From Schmidtea polychroa (taxonomy: Eukaryota): a stretch of 64,000 nucleotides of DNA. The DNA is taken from positions 80,104,001-80,168,000 of the forward strand of contig CM097885.1 in NCBI GenBank assembly GCA_044892525.1. The letters run 5' to 3'. Shown here in pieces: positions 25,297-37,267 of this stretch. The notes under the pieces are model-generated. The model was not told the DNA's origin. It did no database searches and saw only the letters and a list, made by a program, of their open reading frames with translations. A program made the translations under genes and the position numbers. The first letter of the stretch is position 1. Every line of letters begins with the position of its first letter.

Positions 25297-25812
25297 TGAG
25301 ATACATTTATTCTGCATGCAATTATGATATTATAATGGTACTGTATTAGTAGTAACTTTTATTTTATGATAGTTGTAAAATTTGCACCTTTCAATCAAAG
25401 AGAAGTATGATGGGCTAAGAGGGAATTAAACACAAAATTTTATGGGAAAGAAAATTTAACAACTGTACATAAGGGGTCGTAAAAATAATTAAAATCAGTT
25501 TAATTAGTTAAAACAAAGAAAATAAAATCTGTCAAAATTAAATAGGTAAATTTTTATTAATATTTATTATTTATACAGTGATCACCAAGGCAGTGCCCCT
25601 GAGGTACTCTACCGTGTTGATCACTTCAATCTTAAAATCTAACAATTGATTGATTATTGTTATATATATATCATGATTAATAAAAACTTTCCCTCGTCTT
25701 ATATATATTTTGGCGTCCCATCCCATAATTGAATATTAAATTAAATAAATTAAATAAATTAAATAATCAAAGCGAATAAATGAACACATAAATAAAGTAA
25801 TCAAATAAAATA

Positions 25813-26021
25813 NNNNNNNNNNNNNNNNNNNNNNNNNNNNNNNNNNNNNNNNNNNNNNNNNNNNNNNNNNNNNNNNNNNNNNNNNNNNNNNNNNNNNNNN
25901 NNNNNNNNNNNNNNNNNNNNNNNNNNNNNNNNNNNNNNNNNNNNNNNNNNNNNNNNNNNNNNNNNNNNNNNNNNNNNNNNNNNNNNNNNNNNNNNNNNNN
26001 NNNNNNNNNNNNNNNNNNNNN
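25813..26021. other. Assembly gap (N-run)
   Basis: Run of N. Confidence 1.
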
Positions 26022-26227
26022 CGTTATTATCATCACTATTTTTAAATATTATCGTACTATTATCATATTATTATTTTACTATTATTACTATTATTATTAA
26101 TTCACTACTATTATTAGTGATACTATTATTATAAGATTATTATAAAGTATCATTATGGTATTGAGAATACTCTACCATCTTAATAAATAATTAATAATCG
26201 AATAGATTCGAGGACGAATCTTAATTA

Positions 26228-26240
26228 AAGGGGGGAGATA
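26228..26240 (+). promoter_or_regulatory. Polypurine tract of element A
   Basis: AAGGGGGGAGATA immediately 5' of the 3' LTR. Confidence 0.9.
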
Positions 26241-26938
26241 TGTTGGGGTTAGAGCAAAAACAAAATAAATTTCACAGGGTACCAGAAAGCAGAACAAAAA
26301 TTGGTAAAATCAATATAAGTACAAAATTAATTAAAATTTAATAAAAATTAAAAATCAATATCGAACGGGTGTATCGGGTATGGTTGAATGCCGAATGGTT
26401 AACGAGGTTAGAAAGCATAATAAAAATGTAATAGGGTGACCATAGAAAAAGTTAATAAGGAAAAACAAATTAATTAAAATTAATTAATCTGTAATGGAAA
26501 GCCCGAGCCAATGGAAAGCCCGAGCCCATGGGAAACCCGATCACTGAAGAAAACCCGATGCGCAGTGAGACCCGAGACACCAGATAAGGGAATAACAATT
26601 CGAATAATAATTGGAGGGTAAATAAATTAAAATAATTGTCGAACCGTTCAAAATTTACTTCGGGTGCCCGGGGAAACAATTAATTTCATTTTGTTAGATA
26701 ATTGGCCTCTTAAAAACAGTATAAAAGGAGAGCTTAGAAATGAGCAAGCGGCCATTTGGTCGAAGAGAAAAAGGAAAAAGCTAAACAGAAAATTCAGCAA
26801 GGACAAGTCAAAGAAGAAATTTGTGAATTATAAAGAAGCAAGATCGTAGAAGAAAAAGTAATTACCCCTTGGGTTTCTTACCTTAGCGAACCAAATTCAA
26901 ATTGAGAGAAAGGTGCAAATAGTGGCAAATTGTAATTG
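26241..26938 (+). repeat. 3' LTR of element A (truncated by gap)
   Basis: Matches 16939-17637; I see only a 1-bp indel and one substitution. Confidence 0.95.
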
Positions 26939-27143
26939 NNNNNNNNNNNNNNNNNNNNNNNNNNNNNNNNNNNNNNNNNNNNNNNNNNNNNNNNNNNNNN
27001 NNNNNNNNNNNNNNNNNNNNNNNNNNNNNNNNNNNNNNNNNNNNNNNNNNNNNNNNNNNNNNNNNNNNNNNNNNNNNNNNNNNNNNNNNNNNNNNNNNNN
27101 NNNNNNNNNNNNNNNNNNNNNNNNNNNNNNNNNNNNNNNNNNN
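26939..27143. other. Assembly gap (N-run)
   Basis: Run of N; hides the end of the A 3' LTR and its TSD. Confidence 1.
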
Positions 27144-27868
27144 TAATAATAGCAATAATACTGTTGGATGATGAGGGTATGCCCATTATCACATTCACCC
27201 TAAACAAATATTACAAGACGGGGCCTAGAATGTACCGAGTAAATATATGTGCCGAAGAAAGGCAATAAATCCGAACTGAAATCATGCAACCCAATTAAAT
27301 CCAAAAATAATTCAATTAATCTAAGTCAAGTCAAAAACAATCTTAAAACATGACAATTAACTATCCTTTAACTATTTGACAATTAATTATTTATGTGTAT
27401 TTTTGTATTGTATGTAAATATCATTTATGTGTATTTTTATTTGGACAATTAATTACGATCATTTTATTCTTTAACTGTTTATTTATTGATTAATTTTTAT
27501 GTACAAACATGGTTTTGTGAATATTTTATTAATTAATGTTTATCATACACTTAACGTTATAATAAGAAGGGGATTAAATAAATAAAGCGAATTATTATAA
27601 AATATCAATTATTATAGTCAAGATAAATTATTTAAAGTACAATGAATATATTTAATTATATTTTGACAATATAAGCCGAAAATAAAATCAGAAGAATAAC
27701 ATAACATCTGCTATAAGAAATAGCATAAAATAAATATAATATGATTGTTAGAAGAAGACATAGTTTCACAGAAATCTTTATTCACTACAAAAAATCTAAA
27801 CGGAACACACAATCGTTATTGTACATTGAATTACGTAATCTACAAAAGGGAGAATTATTAGTTTAAGT

Positions 27869-28082
27869 CAGTGTTTCTCAAACTATGGGTTGCGACCCAT
27901 TTTGGGTCGCGAAAGAATTTTTGGTGGGTCGCGATGACTAGAATAACTAGAGTTAAATAGAGTTATTCTCATTAAATAAACATTTATTTTAAAATTAATC
28001 TTTGTCATGTGGGTCGCAATAAAATTTTTGGCATGAAATGTCAAAAATTTGGGTCGTGATCAAAAAAGTTTGAGAACCACTG
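27869..28082. mobile_element. hAT (Charlie-like) MITE, 214 bp, inserted in the 3' LTR of element C
   Basis: TIR CAGTG(T/G)TTCTCAAACT; 8-bp TSD GTTTAAGT at 27861-27868 and 28083-28090; the other LTR has the empty site. Confidence 0.93.
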
Positions 28083-28239
28083 GTTTAAGTGATACTGCTG
28101 ACACAGAAGACAAACATACTTACTTAATTTAGTTATACAAGCATTCCCGCATCATTCAATAGATATCAAGGTCTAGTGACCTGGTTATGTAAGTAATTCG
28201 TTGGAAATTATTATATCATCTTACATCACCCTCCATTTA

Positions 28240-29822
28240 AAACTTTTGATCCATTCTACATTTCGAATTATTTCTTTGCCTTGCTTATTCTTTAGAACAT
28301 AGCTTCTGTCATGTCGTTTTCCAGTTATTTCATAAGGCCCTTCATAACGTTCATCCATCTTTCTAGTATTTCGTGCTTATTCATTGTCTTTGATCCATAT
28401 GCAATAACTTGTTCTTGTCCATTACTACTCAACTGCGAAAGCACTCCCCCAATCGTATTGAAACTAGCATCTGTATCTAAAATAAAGGTTTTTCATAAAT
28501 CCGGAAATCCTAGTACTGGGGTAGACGTTAACGCTTTCTTTAGCGTGTTGAAATTTGTTTCACATTCTTCAGTCCATATAAGTTTATTTTTGTTAGACCC
28601 ACATAACCTTTCTAATGGTCTTGCATACTTGGCGTAATCTTTAACAAATTTTCGATAATAATTTGTTAAGCCTAGAAAGCTTCTTAAATGTTTAATACAT
28701 TTTGGTTTTTCATATTCTTGCATTGCTTTTATCTTTTCATAATCTGTCCTAATACCATTTTTATTTATAATGTGTCCCAAAAATTTTATTTCTAGTTTGT
28801 TAAAACAACATTTTTCTAAGCTTATTTTCAAACCAGCTTCTTGAATCTTTCGAAAAACTCTTTCTAGTCTTTTTTTATGTTCGATTTCATTGTCTGCAAA
28901 TATAAGGATATCGTCTAAATAGACGATTACTTCTCTCCAATTAAGATGACCCAAAACTTGAGTCATTAATTTTTGAAAAGTTGCTGGGGCAGCTGCAATT
29001 CCAAAAGGCATTCGGTTAAAACAATATTGACCAATATTCTTTGATTGTCTTTTGGAAATGCAGTCTTTATTTTTGATTTCTCTTCCAATTCCATTTGATA
29101 ATAGGCATTACCGAGATCGATAGTGCTAAATATCTGTGCTCCATTTAGGATATCCATCATCTCTTCAATATTTGGTATTCGAAATCGAGGTCTCTCCGTA
29201 ATTGCATTTAGTGCCCGAAAATCCAAACATATTCTAATATCTGATTTATTCTTTTTTAACACACATATTCTTTTTTCCACACCGAGTCACATTTTTTTAT
29301 AATTCCTGCTTCTTCCATGTCTTTTAGCATGTCTTGTATTTTGTGAGCAATATGAATCGGCTGACGTCTAGGATTAATTGTCACTGGGCTACCTCTAGTA
29401 ACTATCTTATGTTTAATTAACTGTGTTTTTCCTACATCCCATTTATTTTTCATGAATATATCCGAAAATTCTTTAAGTAATTTATTAATCGTTGGGTTGA
29501 TAATTCCTTTCAAATTGTTTTCTTCTAAATTCATTAATTGATTTTTTAATTTTACTTTAGTTATTGCCTGTAATTTAATATCAAAACAATTCATCATTTC
29601 TACGCCTGCAATTACGCTCGGGTTAATCTTATTTGCCACAAAGAATCTTATTACCAATTCTAATCCCGAAATTCTCACTTTTAGTAATATTGTTCCTATG
29701 ATTTTAAGTGTGCTCTCGTTTGCACATGTAACCATAATATTGGATTCCCCTATTTTATCACGCATCTTTAATTTACTAACAACATCTTCGCTAATCACGT
29801 TTATTCTAGCCCCGGTATCCAA
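28240..29822 (-). pseudogene. pol: pol remnant of C: protease, RT and N-terminal RNase H; integrase absent
   Basis: LDTGARINVIS; ICLDFRALN; MPFGIAAAPATFQ; VYLDDILIF; FLGLTNYYRKFV; LDTDAS; several frameshifts. Confidence 0.9.
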
Positions 29823-29852
29823 AAGACAATCAACTTTTATTTTATTTTCCAG

Positions 29853-31221
29853 TCAAATACCTACACTAGGTTTGCCATTCATTCTTTCGTAAACGAATTT
29901 AGGTGCAAAAGGTCTTTCTTTATTTTCATTAACTTTATTATTAATTATATCGATTCTCATAATCTTATCAATTTTGTTATTAATTTCATAAAAACTATAT
30001 TCAAAATAATTTTCAAAGTCAAAACATTCACAATCATTCATAATTACATCATTAATTTTTAAATCATCTTTAAATTCATTCATTACGGAAATCTTGAAAT
30101 CACAAGCATTCAAATTCAAACATTCTGTGTCAACAATATACTTACTTAAACCAAATTTATGGCTCCTAGCAACTCCCTTGAAACTGGAGCCTCCTCTTTT
30201 AGCTGTTTGAAATCTTTTTGCATGTCATCCTGTTGAATCAGCTCTCTTTCCTCGTATTCGTAGTCGTATATCGCATTGCATTGTCTTCGATGTGGTTCTC
30301 TGTCTGAAGATTGGTTTCTGCTTTGATATTGTCCTCTGGATCCAAATTGTTTTTGATTTCTATCATAATTTCTTCCGTTGTAATATGCTTCTGTTTTAAC
30401 TGAATTTCTTCTGATGTCCCAACATTGATACTTGAAATGACCATTTTTGGAACATTGAGAGGATTTTACGTTTGGGCATTCTGCTCGAATATGTCCTTGC
30501 TCTCCACACGCCCAACATCTCTGCAGTTTAAATCGCCTGGTCCCGTTCTTCCAGTCACTTTTATTTGGCATATTGAAGTTCACGGCCTCATTGGTTCTAG
30601 AGTTAGAAAATATTGGCGTCTTATTCTGTTGGTACAACTGAGTTTTTCTCGGACTTTTGACTGTCTCCGCATATGATTTATTTTCATGTAGAGATGCTAG
30701 TGATTGTTCACTTGAAAGCTCTTTTTGAATTTCTTCCATTCTTGATATCACTTCCTTGGCCTTATCTACTGATTAAACTTCTCTTAATTTCAATTCTTTT
30801 TTTGTTTCCATATCTTCCATTGCATTCTGCATTTAAAATAACATTAATGCCGGTTTTGTTAATTTGTGTCGAAGAACATTGTCGACGAGCTTTTCCACTT
30901 TATTGAAAAATTCGGTGCACGAGTCATTTCCTTTTCGATATCTTAAAGCTGCGTCTAGATCCATGGCTAGATTTTTCCTTGGCTCGAACGCTTTTCTTAA
31001 TCTTTCTTCATAGCCTGAATAATCGCTCTGTACTTCTTCATATTTCTGGATCAACTCTACCGACAGAAAGGCCTTAGTAACAATTTCTTGAATTTCTTGC
31101 GGTTGTTGAGTGAATTCGAAAAATCTCTTCAATTCCAAAATAAAAATTTCTAAATCACCATTTGGCAGCAATTGATTAGGTGGCTTGATATAGTTCTGGA
31201 GTCCTGGCGTGGTCGCCATGT
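29853..31221 (-). pseudogene. gag: gag of C with CCHC knuckle, frameshifted
   Basis: CWACGEQGHIRAEC; ORFs 30833-31258, 30146-30751 and 29853-30119. Confidence 0.8.
31201..31218 (-). promoter_or_regulatory. Primer-binding site, tRNA-Arg-like
   Basis: rc TGGCGACCACGCCAGGAC abuts the LTR. The + strand GAGTCCTGGCGTGGTCGCCA resembles the tRNA-Arg(TCG) 3' end as I recall it. Confidence 0.75.
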
Positions 31222-31601
31222 TAGAAAAAGACATAGTTTCACAGAAATATTTATTCACTACAAAAATCTAAACGGAACACACAATCGTTATACTATTTAT
31301 AGTACATTGAATTGCGTAATCTACAAAAGGGAGAATTATTAGTTTAAGTGATACTGTTGACACAGAAGACAAACATACTTACTTAATTTAGTTATACAAG
31401 CATTCCCGCATCATTCAATAGATATCAAGGCCTAGTGACCTGGTTATGTAAGTAATTCGTTGGAAATTATTATATCATCTTACAATGATAATAATATGAT
31501 ATAAAAAAACATCTGGTAAAATATATTACAAAATTATTCCGTGCGTATAGGCCGGAAATTAAAATAATTTGTTTGTTAATCTTAAGGAATAGTATATATA
31601 C

Positions 31602-31870
31602 CAGTGTTTCCCAACCTTTTTTAGCTCATGTCCCCCCTAGCTGAATTTTTTTTTCTTTTGTCCCCCCTATGCAAAACATTTTACAGTTTTTAAAAAATTT
31701 CCAACTATTTTTATTGATATACGTAATTAATAGATAAAGATTAATTTTTTTATTCAATGAGACAATTGACTCTGATGGAAAATAAAGAAAACGTAACTCA
31801 AACCTAAAATTAACATATATTCCCTAAAATTGAAATTGCCCCCCTGGAAATACAAATTGCCTCCCTGGAA
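31602..31870. mobile_element. Possible truncated hAT MITE
   Basis: Begins CAGTGTTTCCCAACC, a Charlie-like terminus. No matching second TIR found. Confidence 0.35.
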
Positions 31871-33402
31871 TTTATGTTTTTAACCTTCCTTTAGTTTTAA
31901 ACTATCGATGTATATTTTGATAAATAATGTTTGGACAAGGCTTTCTAGTCAGGAAATTAGAAAAACTCAGTACAGAAAAAGTTTGTTAAATTGTAAAAAT
32001 TGATCCAAAGTTGAAAACTAAATGAAGATAAATGAAATCTTAAATAAAAACAATTCCAAAAATATGATTATTACATTTGACAAACCGTTTGTTTAAAATA
32101 ATTAATTTTAAATTTTATGATTTCCTTGGTTAATATTATATTTAAATGACTAAGAATTTTCAAATATTAGATTTACCAAATTTTGATAATACATATCCAA
32201 GCAAAGATGATAAAGGTGGTTCACTAAATGAAGTTCTTGGAGTGTGTGAGTATCTCTGTCGACCTGATATATGCATCCTAAACATTCAAATTGAAAATAT
32301 TAAGATCAAAGCAGTCGATGCAAAACAAGCAGTTGCCAAACGCATGTTATATGCTAAACAATGTATATCATCATTTCATATCAAAGTAAATATTGTTAAT
32401 AATTTGATAAAATAAGTTTACTTCACAGACAGTTTATTATAAATGATTTTTATGAAAAATTAAATTTTATAAATGTTAACAAATTATAATAACTTATCTT
32501 TTGAGAGTAAGCTATCTATGAATATTGAAATAATTAAATCAATATTTTTTTTATTTACCAAAGTATTGGTTTATGATTGAGGATGTGAATGAAAACATTC
32601 CCACTCAACATAAAGAAGTTATGAGTTGTTTGTTTAGACTTTCCATGATTCATTTTTACGACGCCAAACGATTTTCCTATTTTGCGTTTGTATTACAAGA
32701 ATATAATCTCATCAGAACGACACTAATTTCTTCAATCACAAATTATTAGATGGATATTCCTTATGATATTTCAGCAAAGCTATTCTGCCCAATATTTGAA
32801 GAGGCCCTTATATTCACATTCAAACTTAAACCTAATTATATAATTCTATTTATATATTTTGGCATTTAAAATAAATATTTTTTAAACACTTTTAAATTCA
32901 CATGAAAGCATAGAAGTCCTTCTTTTTCAAAAGCAAACAATCCATCAACATTCATCTCTCGTACATATAATTTATTTGTCATTTTAATCATTCACATTAT
33001 TAGTCAATAAAATTGGTAGATTAATATTTGATAATAATAAATTATGGTTGCTGAAAATTCTCAATTATGGATGAGTTTAAAGAAAAATTTCTTCTGTCTT
33101 CCCAGTTGATAATTGTTATTTGTAATTCTGAGGATATTTTTCAGTTTTCCAGATATTATTATTATTTTTATAATAATTTAATAATGTATAATAATTATTA
33201 ATTATAATTAATAATATTAAAAATTATTTATCATTATCATTTTTAATTTTATTATTTATTATTATTATTAAAATTATTTAACAAATAAATGATAATTTAA
33301 GCCTTTTGATGCAAAATATATATCGAATAAAATGAAAAAATTTCGATTAAAAAAAATCAATTATTTATTAATATTATTTATTATTATTATTATTTAATAT
33401 TA

Positions 33403-33831
33403 TTGTTGCAGTCTAAATGTTTTGCTGATTACATTTCAATTAACTCGATTGATAAGAGTTTTCGATGCCTTGGAGTGATTGTTTTGAGATTGAATGATTT
33501 CAAGATTGCTCAAGATATTGCAAATTTATTAATTGAAAAACTGGAGCATTCAATAAAAATTGACATTAGTCTCGAGAAATCCGAAGAAACGCTAAGAGAG
33601 GCTCGTCAAAAGGCGAGCATTGGTGCTGTTGTCGATGCAAAATTAAAAGCCCAGTCAATGAATGCCGCCGGTCAGAAAGTTCAAATAGTTGTTGTCAAAC
33701 AAATCGAAGAAACAGAACGTCCTCTTCGTGATTGCAAGTTGAATCAAGAAATGCGACAATTCAATTGGACAACAGAGATCGATAATCAATCGCTCCTGAT
33801 TCTCAGCAAAGTCCAATTATCTTTCAAATGA
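33403..33831 (+). CDS. Possible coding exon of unknown function
   Basis: 142-aa open frame, less AT-rich than its flanks, with an acceptor-like TTGTTGCAG at its start. No recognisable domain. Confidence 0.25.
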   Translation: MLQSKCFADYISINSIDKSFRCLGVIVLRLNDFKIAQDIANLLIEKLEHSIKIDISLEKSEETLREARQKASIGAVVDAKLKAQSMNAAGQKVQIVVVKQIEETERPLRDCKLNQEMRQFNWTTEIDNQSLLILSKVQLSFK

Positions 33832-33905
33832 AAATTTTATTTGTTTCCTCATCATTGGTTGTGAAATGACCAATCAGATGATGTCATATCGGCTTTCAGG
33901 AGTTA

Positions 33906-34104
33906 NNNNNNNNNNNNNNNNNNNNNNNNNNNNNNNNNNNNNNNNNNNNNNNNNNNNNNNNNNNNNNNNNNNNNNNNNNNNNNNNNNNNNNNNNNNNNNN
34001 NNNNNNNNNNNNNNNNNNNNNNNNNNNNNNNNNNNNNNNNNNNNNNNNNNNNNNNNNNNNNNNNNNNNNNNNNNNNNNNNNNNNNNNNNNNNNNNNNNNN
34101 NNNN
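33906..34104. other. Assembly gap (N-run)
   Basis: Run of N. Confidence 1.
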
Positions 34105-34406
34105 AATCGTAACATTTAACTATTTTTTTCATATAATCAAGATACTCTAGTTAGCTTTGGGGAATTATAAATTGATCTAATTATTGCACATTTTTACCGT
34201 TATAATTGAGATCAGATTTATTTGCAAATAATTTTGGCGCTTTGTTAATGCAAAAATCACATATTAATTTCATTATGGGTGTCCCACAAAAAGCCACAAA
34301 TGTGGGTAGTGGCGAATCTATGAATGAATTATGGAGTGACGTTTAAAAATTACTGAATATATGGGAAATGTTTTTATAATTTATTTTCATTTTCACAAGT
34401 AAACAT

Positions 34407-35652
34407 GTGCTATGTAAGTCATTTTTAAAGGTGAAAAATTTATCAGCAGGATAATTTATTGAACTTATATATACAATTTGTCAATTTTCTGAGAATTTTT
34501 TCGGGCAATTAATTGATATTATTATTGTTATTTTTAAATGAAAATCCAGATCTTAAAAAAATGTCTTGAATATCATTCTATTAGATAAATTTATGTCCTT
34601 TTTATTATATATAGACGAAGACAAATTATTGGTTTTTAGATTAGATTCCTTGGACATTTGAAAAACAATTTTAAATAAATTTTGTAATTTAATTTAATTT
34701 AAATAATTTATAATTTAATTTATTTCACCTTTATGGATTGATCTGTTTTCTATATACTAAAAAGGTAAAATTTTAAATATTATCTGATGTTCATAATTTT
34801 CATTATTCCTGCTAAAACCCCGCGATAATGCATTTGTTCCAAATCCTCATCTTTATTCGACTGCCTAAATATTTTAGCAGAAGTAATTTTAAAAGTAGCT
34901 CTTCACTAATAAAAGGTTGTAGATCCATGATCTAATACAGATTAAAATTACTTCTGCTAAAATATTTAGGCAGTCGAATAAAGATGAGGATTTGGAACAA
35001 ATGCATTATCGCGGGGTTTTAGCAGGAATAATGAAAATTATGAACATCAGATAATATTTAAAATTTTACCTTTTTAGTATATAGAAAACAGATCAATCCA
35101 TAAAGGTGAAATAGTGCTATGTAAGTCATTTTTAAAGGTGAAAAATTTATCAGCAGGATAATTTATTGAACTTATATATACAATTTGTCAATTTTCTGAG
35201 AATTTTTTCGGGCAATTAATTGATATTATTATTGTTATTTTTAAATGAAAATCCAGATCTTAAAAAAATGTCTTGAATATCATTCTATTAGATAAATTTA
35301 TGTCCTTTTTATTATATATAGACGAAGACAAATTATTGGTTTTTAGATTAGATTCCTTGGACATTTGAAAAACAATTTTAAATAAATTTTGTAATTTAAT
35401 TTAATTTAAATAATTTATAATTTAATTTATTTCACCTTTATGGATTGATCTGTTTTCTATATACTAAAAAGGTAAAATTTTAAATATTATCTGATGTTCA
35501 TAATTTTCATTATTCCTGCTAAAACCCCGCGATAATGCATTTGTTCCAAATCCTCATCTTTATTCGACTGCCTAAATATTTTAGCAGAAGTAATTTTAAA
35601 AGTAGCTCTTCACTAATAAAAGGTTGTAGATCCATGATCTAATACAGATTAA
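34407..35652. repeat. 539-bp direct duplication separated by a 168-bp inverted copy of its interior (DUP-TRP/INV-DUP)
   Basis: 34407-34945 = 35114-35652; 34946-35113 is the reverse complement of 34721-34888. Confidence 0.9.
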
Positions 35653-36517
35653 CATTTTTGTTGTATCTACTTTATCCACACTTTTGTCGAAGAAGTTTAA
35701 ATTTCAAATTAATTCTGTAAATTGACGCCAATTTTTGACGCCAATATAAGAAAAAGAGAGTAATGAAATCACCGGTCGCATGGGACTACCTCTGCACACT
35801 ATAATCGCCGAGTATTTCAATGGGTTTGTGGACTTCCGATAGAAGCCACATGGCCGACTTCAGTTTAGTCCCTCTTATTTTATACTCTAATGAAGCTAAC
35901 CTTGGGCAACCTGCTCCCCTATGACTTATTCCTCATGCTATTGTGTGAGTCGATATTGTTGCGGGTACACTCGGATGACCCCTTTCTAGTGCAGCTTTAG
36001 TCTAGAGGATGAATGCCCACCTCAATTTCGCCCGTCATTTATTTGGTCATCGCCGAGCGGGACCCGCACATAACCTACACTCCAACATAGCACCCGTGAA
36101 TTGCTTCACGTTGGAACTGTGCTATGCCGGCGAGACGCCAGTAAGCAGGTGAGCCAGCTCCTTCGGACTACTCCTTACTGAGGCCTCGACTTTCCAACCC
36201 TGACTGCCGATAGAAGGACTTACGTCTACTCATTCCGTCGCCCCATCGCAATGTTTCTAGCTGAGTTTGCCAACTGACTAATGCTCCTCATAATTTTGTG
36301 ACTCTCAATACCATTTATCAATTTCAACTCAACTGTCCTAAGATGAACATAAAAAACGTATACAGACAAAAATGGTTTATTATTAAGATTATCACACAAA
36401 TATATTTGACACCTATACAATAAAATTCACGACAACAGGAAAAGAGACAAAGGTAAAAATGTTATCAGACAATGTTCGGGTCATTTCAGTGAACGAAAAC
36501 CTTTTACGGAGAAGTTC

Positions 36518-37267
36518 TCATTTCTCCCACTCCGAGTCTGCCAATAGATCTTCCAAATCGAAAAATTCGGAGGCATTTTCCTCCCAGGTTACACCAGCGG
36601 CGGAGATGATTCGCCCTGAGATCACTGATGCTAGATCGATTGCTGCAGGAGGGTTGATGACTTTGATTGGATGATCCGACGACTTCCGGTTCTGTTTGGC
36701 GGTTACGCGTTCCCGCTGTTTCTTTTTGCGTTCGGCTCTCGATAATTGCCGACGCTTTGGCTTCGATGCCGTTTGATTGGTCGGGGGTGCTGCAGAGGTA
36801 GATGCCATCGCAGGTAGCACTTTACTGGTTCCGGTAAAGATGATTTCTGGTTCTTTAGGTGAGAGCTCGGTCTCTACGCACCCATGGCAGGACTTTCCGA
36901 CTGGAGCTGAAAACCCGCCAGAGATATCATGATGTGCTGGGAAAAGATTACTGGCTTCATTAATTGGGATCTTCGCGATCTTCCTTGTAGTTGCTGCCTG
37001 GACGTATAATTTGTGTAGCGCCTCCGACTGCTCTTTTATCAGGCTCCTCTGCGCCCGACTCTCCGAAATTAACGCGTCTCTACAGTGCTCGCTTCGGTGC
37101 AGCTTCTTCTGAGCCTCCTTCATCTGGGTGGGACTAAACCATGTCCCCTCTAACTCATCTATCCTTCTTTTGTGCTTTCCGATTTGGGCCTGGAGCTCTT
37201 TGATAATTGAATTCTTGTCGGAGCAAGAAAAACAAGGTCGAAGAACGGTCTTGGAATTTGGCAACAT
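36518..37267 (-). CDS. LTR-encoded 249-aa protein (CxxC x2, coiled coil, basic NLS-like segment, acidic tail); 3' LTR copy
   Basis: Intact ORF identical in both LTRs; preceded by a strong acceptor (rc TTTTTTTTATTTTTCTCCGCAG) 9 nt before the ATG. Confidence 0.7.
   Translation of the reverse strand: MLPNSKTVLRPCFSCSDKNSIIKELQAQIGKHKRRIDELEGTWFSPTQMKEAQKKLHRSEHCRDALISESRAQRSLIKEQSEALHKLYVQAATTRKIAKIPINEASNLFPAHHDISGGFSAPVGKSCHGCVETELSPKEPEIIFTGTSKVLPAMASTSAAPPTNQTASKPKRRQLSRAERKKKQRERVTAKQNRKSSDHPIKVINPPAAIDLASVISGRIISAAGVTWEENASEFFDLEDLLADSEWEK

Larger units (their letters stand above)
16939..27143 (+). mobile_element. Non-autonomous env-bearing Ty3/gypsy LTR element (A); 3' end falls in the N gap (expected near 27045)
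   Basis: Paired LTRs starting TGTTGGGG, PBS, PPT, and gag-UBL-Bcl2-env-protease coding region; no RT, RNase H or integrase core. Confidence 0.92.
27746..31484 (-). mobile_element. Internally deleted Ty3/gypsy LTR retrotransposon (C)
   Basis: LTRs 27746-28225 (with MITE) and 31219-31484, TG...CA; 5-bp TSD ATGAT at 27741-27745 and 31485-31489; PPT (rc AATGGAGGGTGA) at 28226-28237; PBS at 31201-31218. Confidence 0.93.

Noticed and set aside
32146-32415. 89-aa ORF near the possible exon at 33403
   Set aside because: No motif or reliable splice context to link it to a gene.
13255-34150. ORFs containing long X runs
   Set aside because: Artefacts of reading through N gaps.
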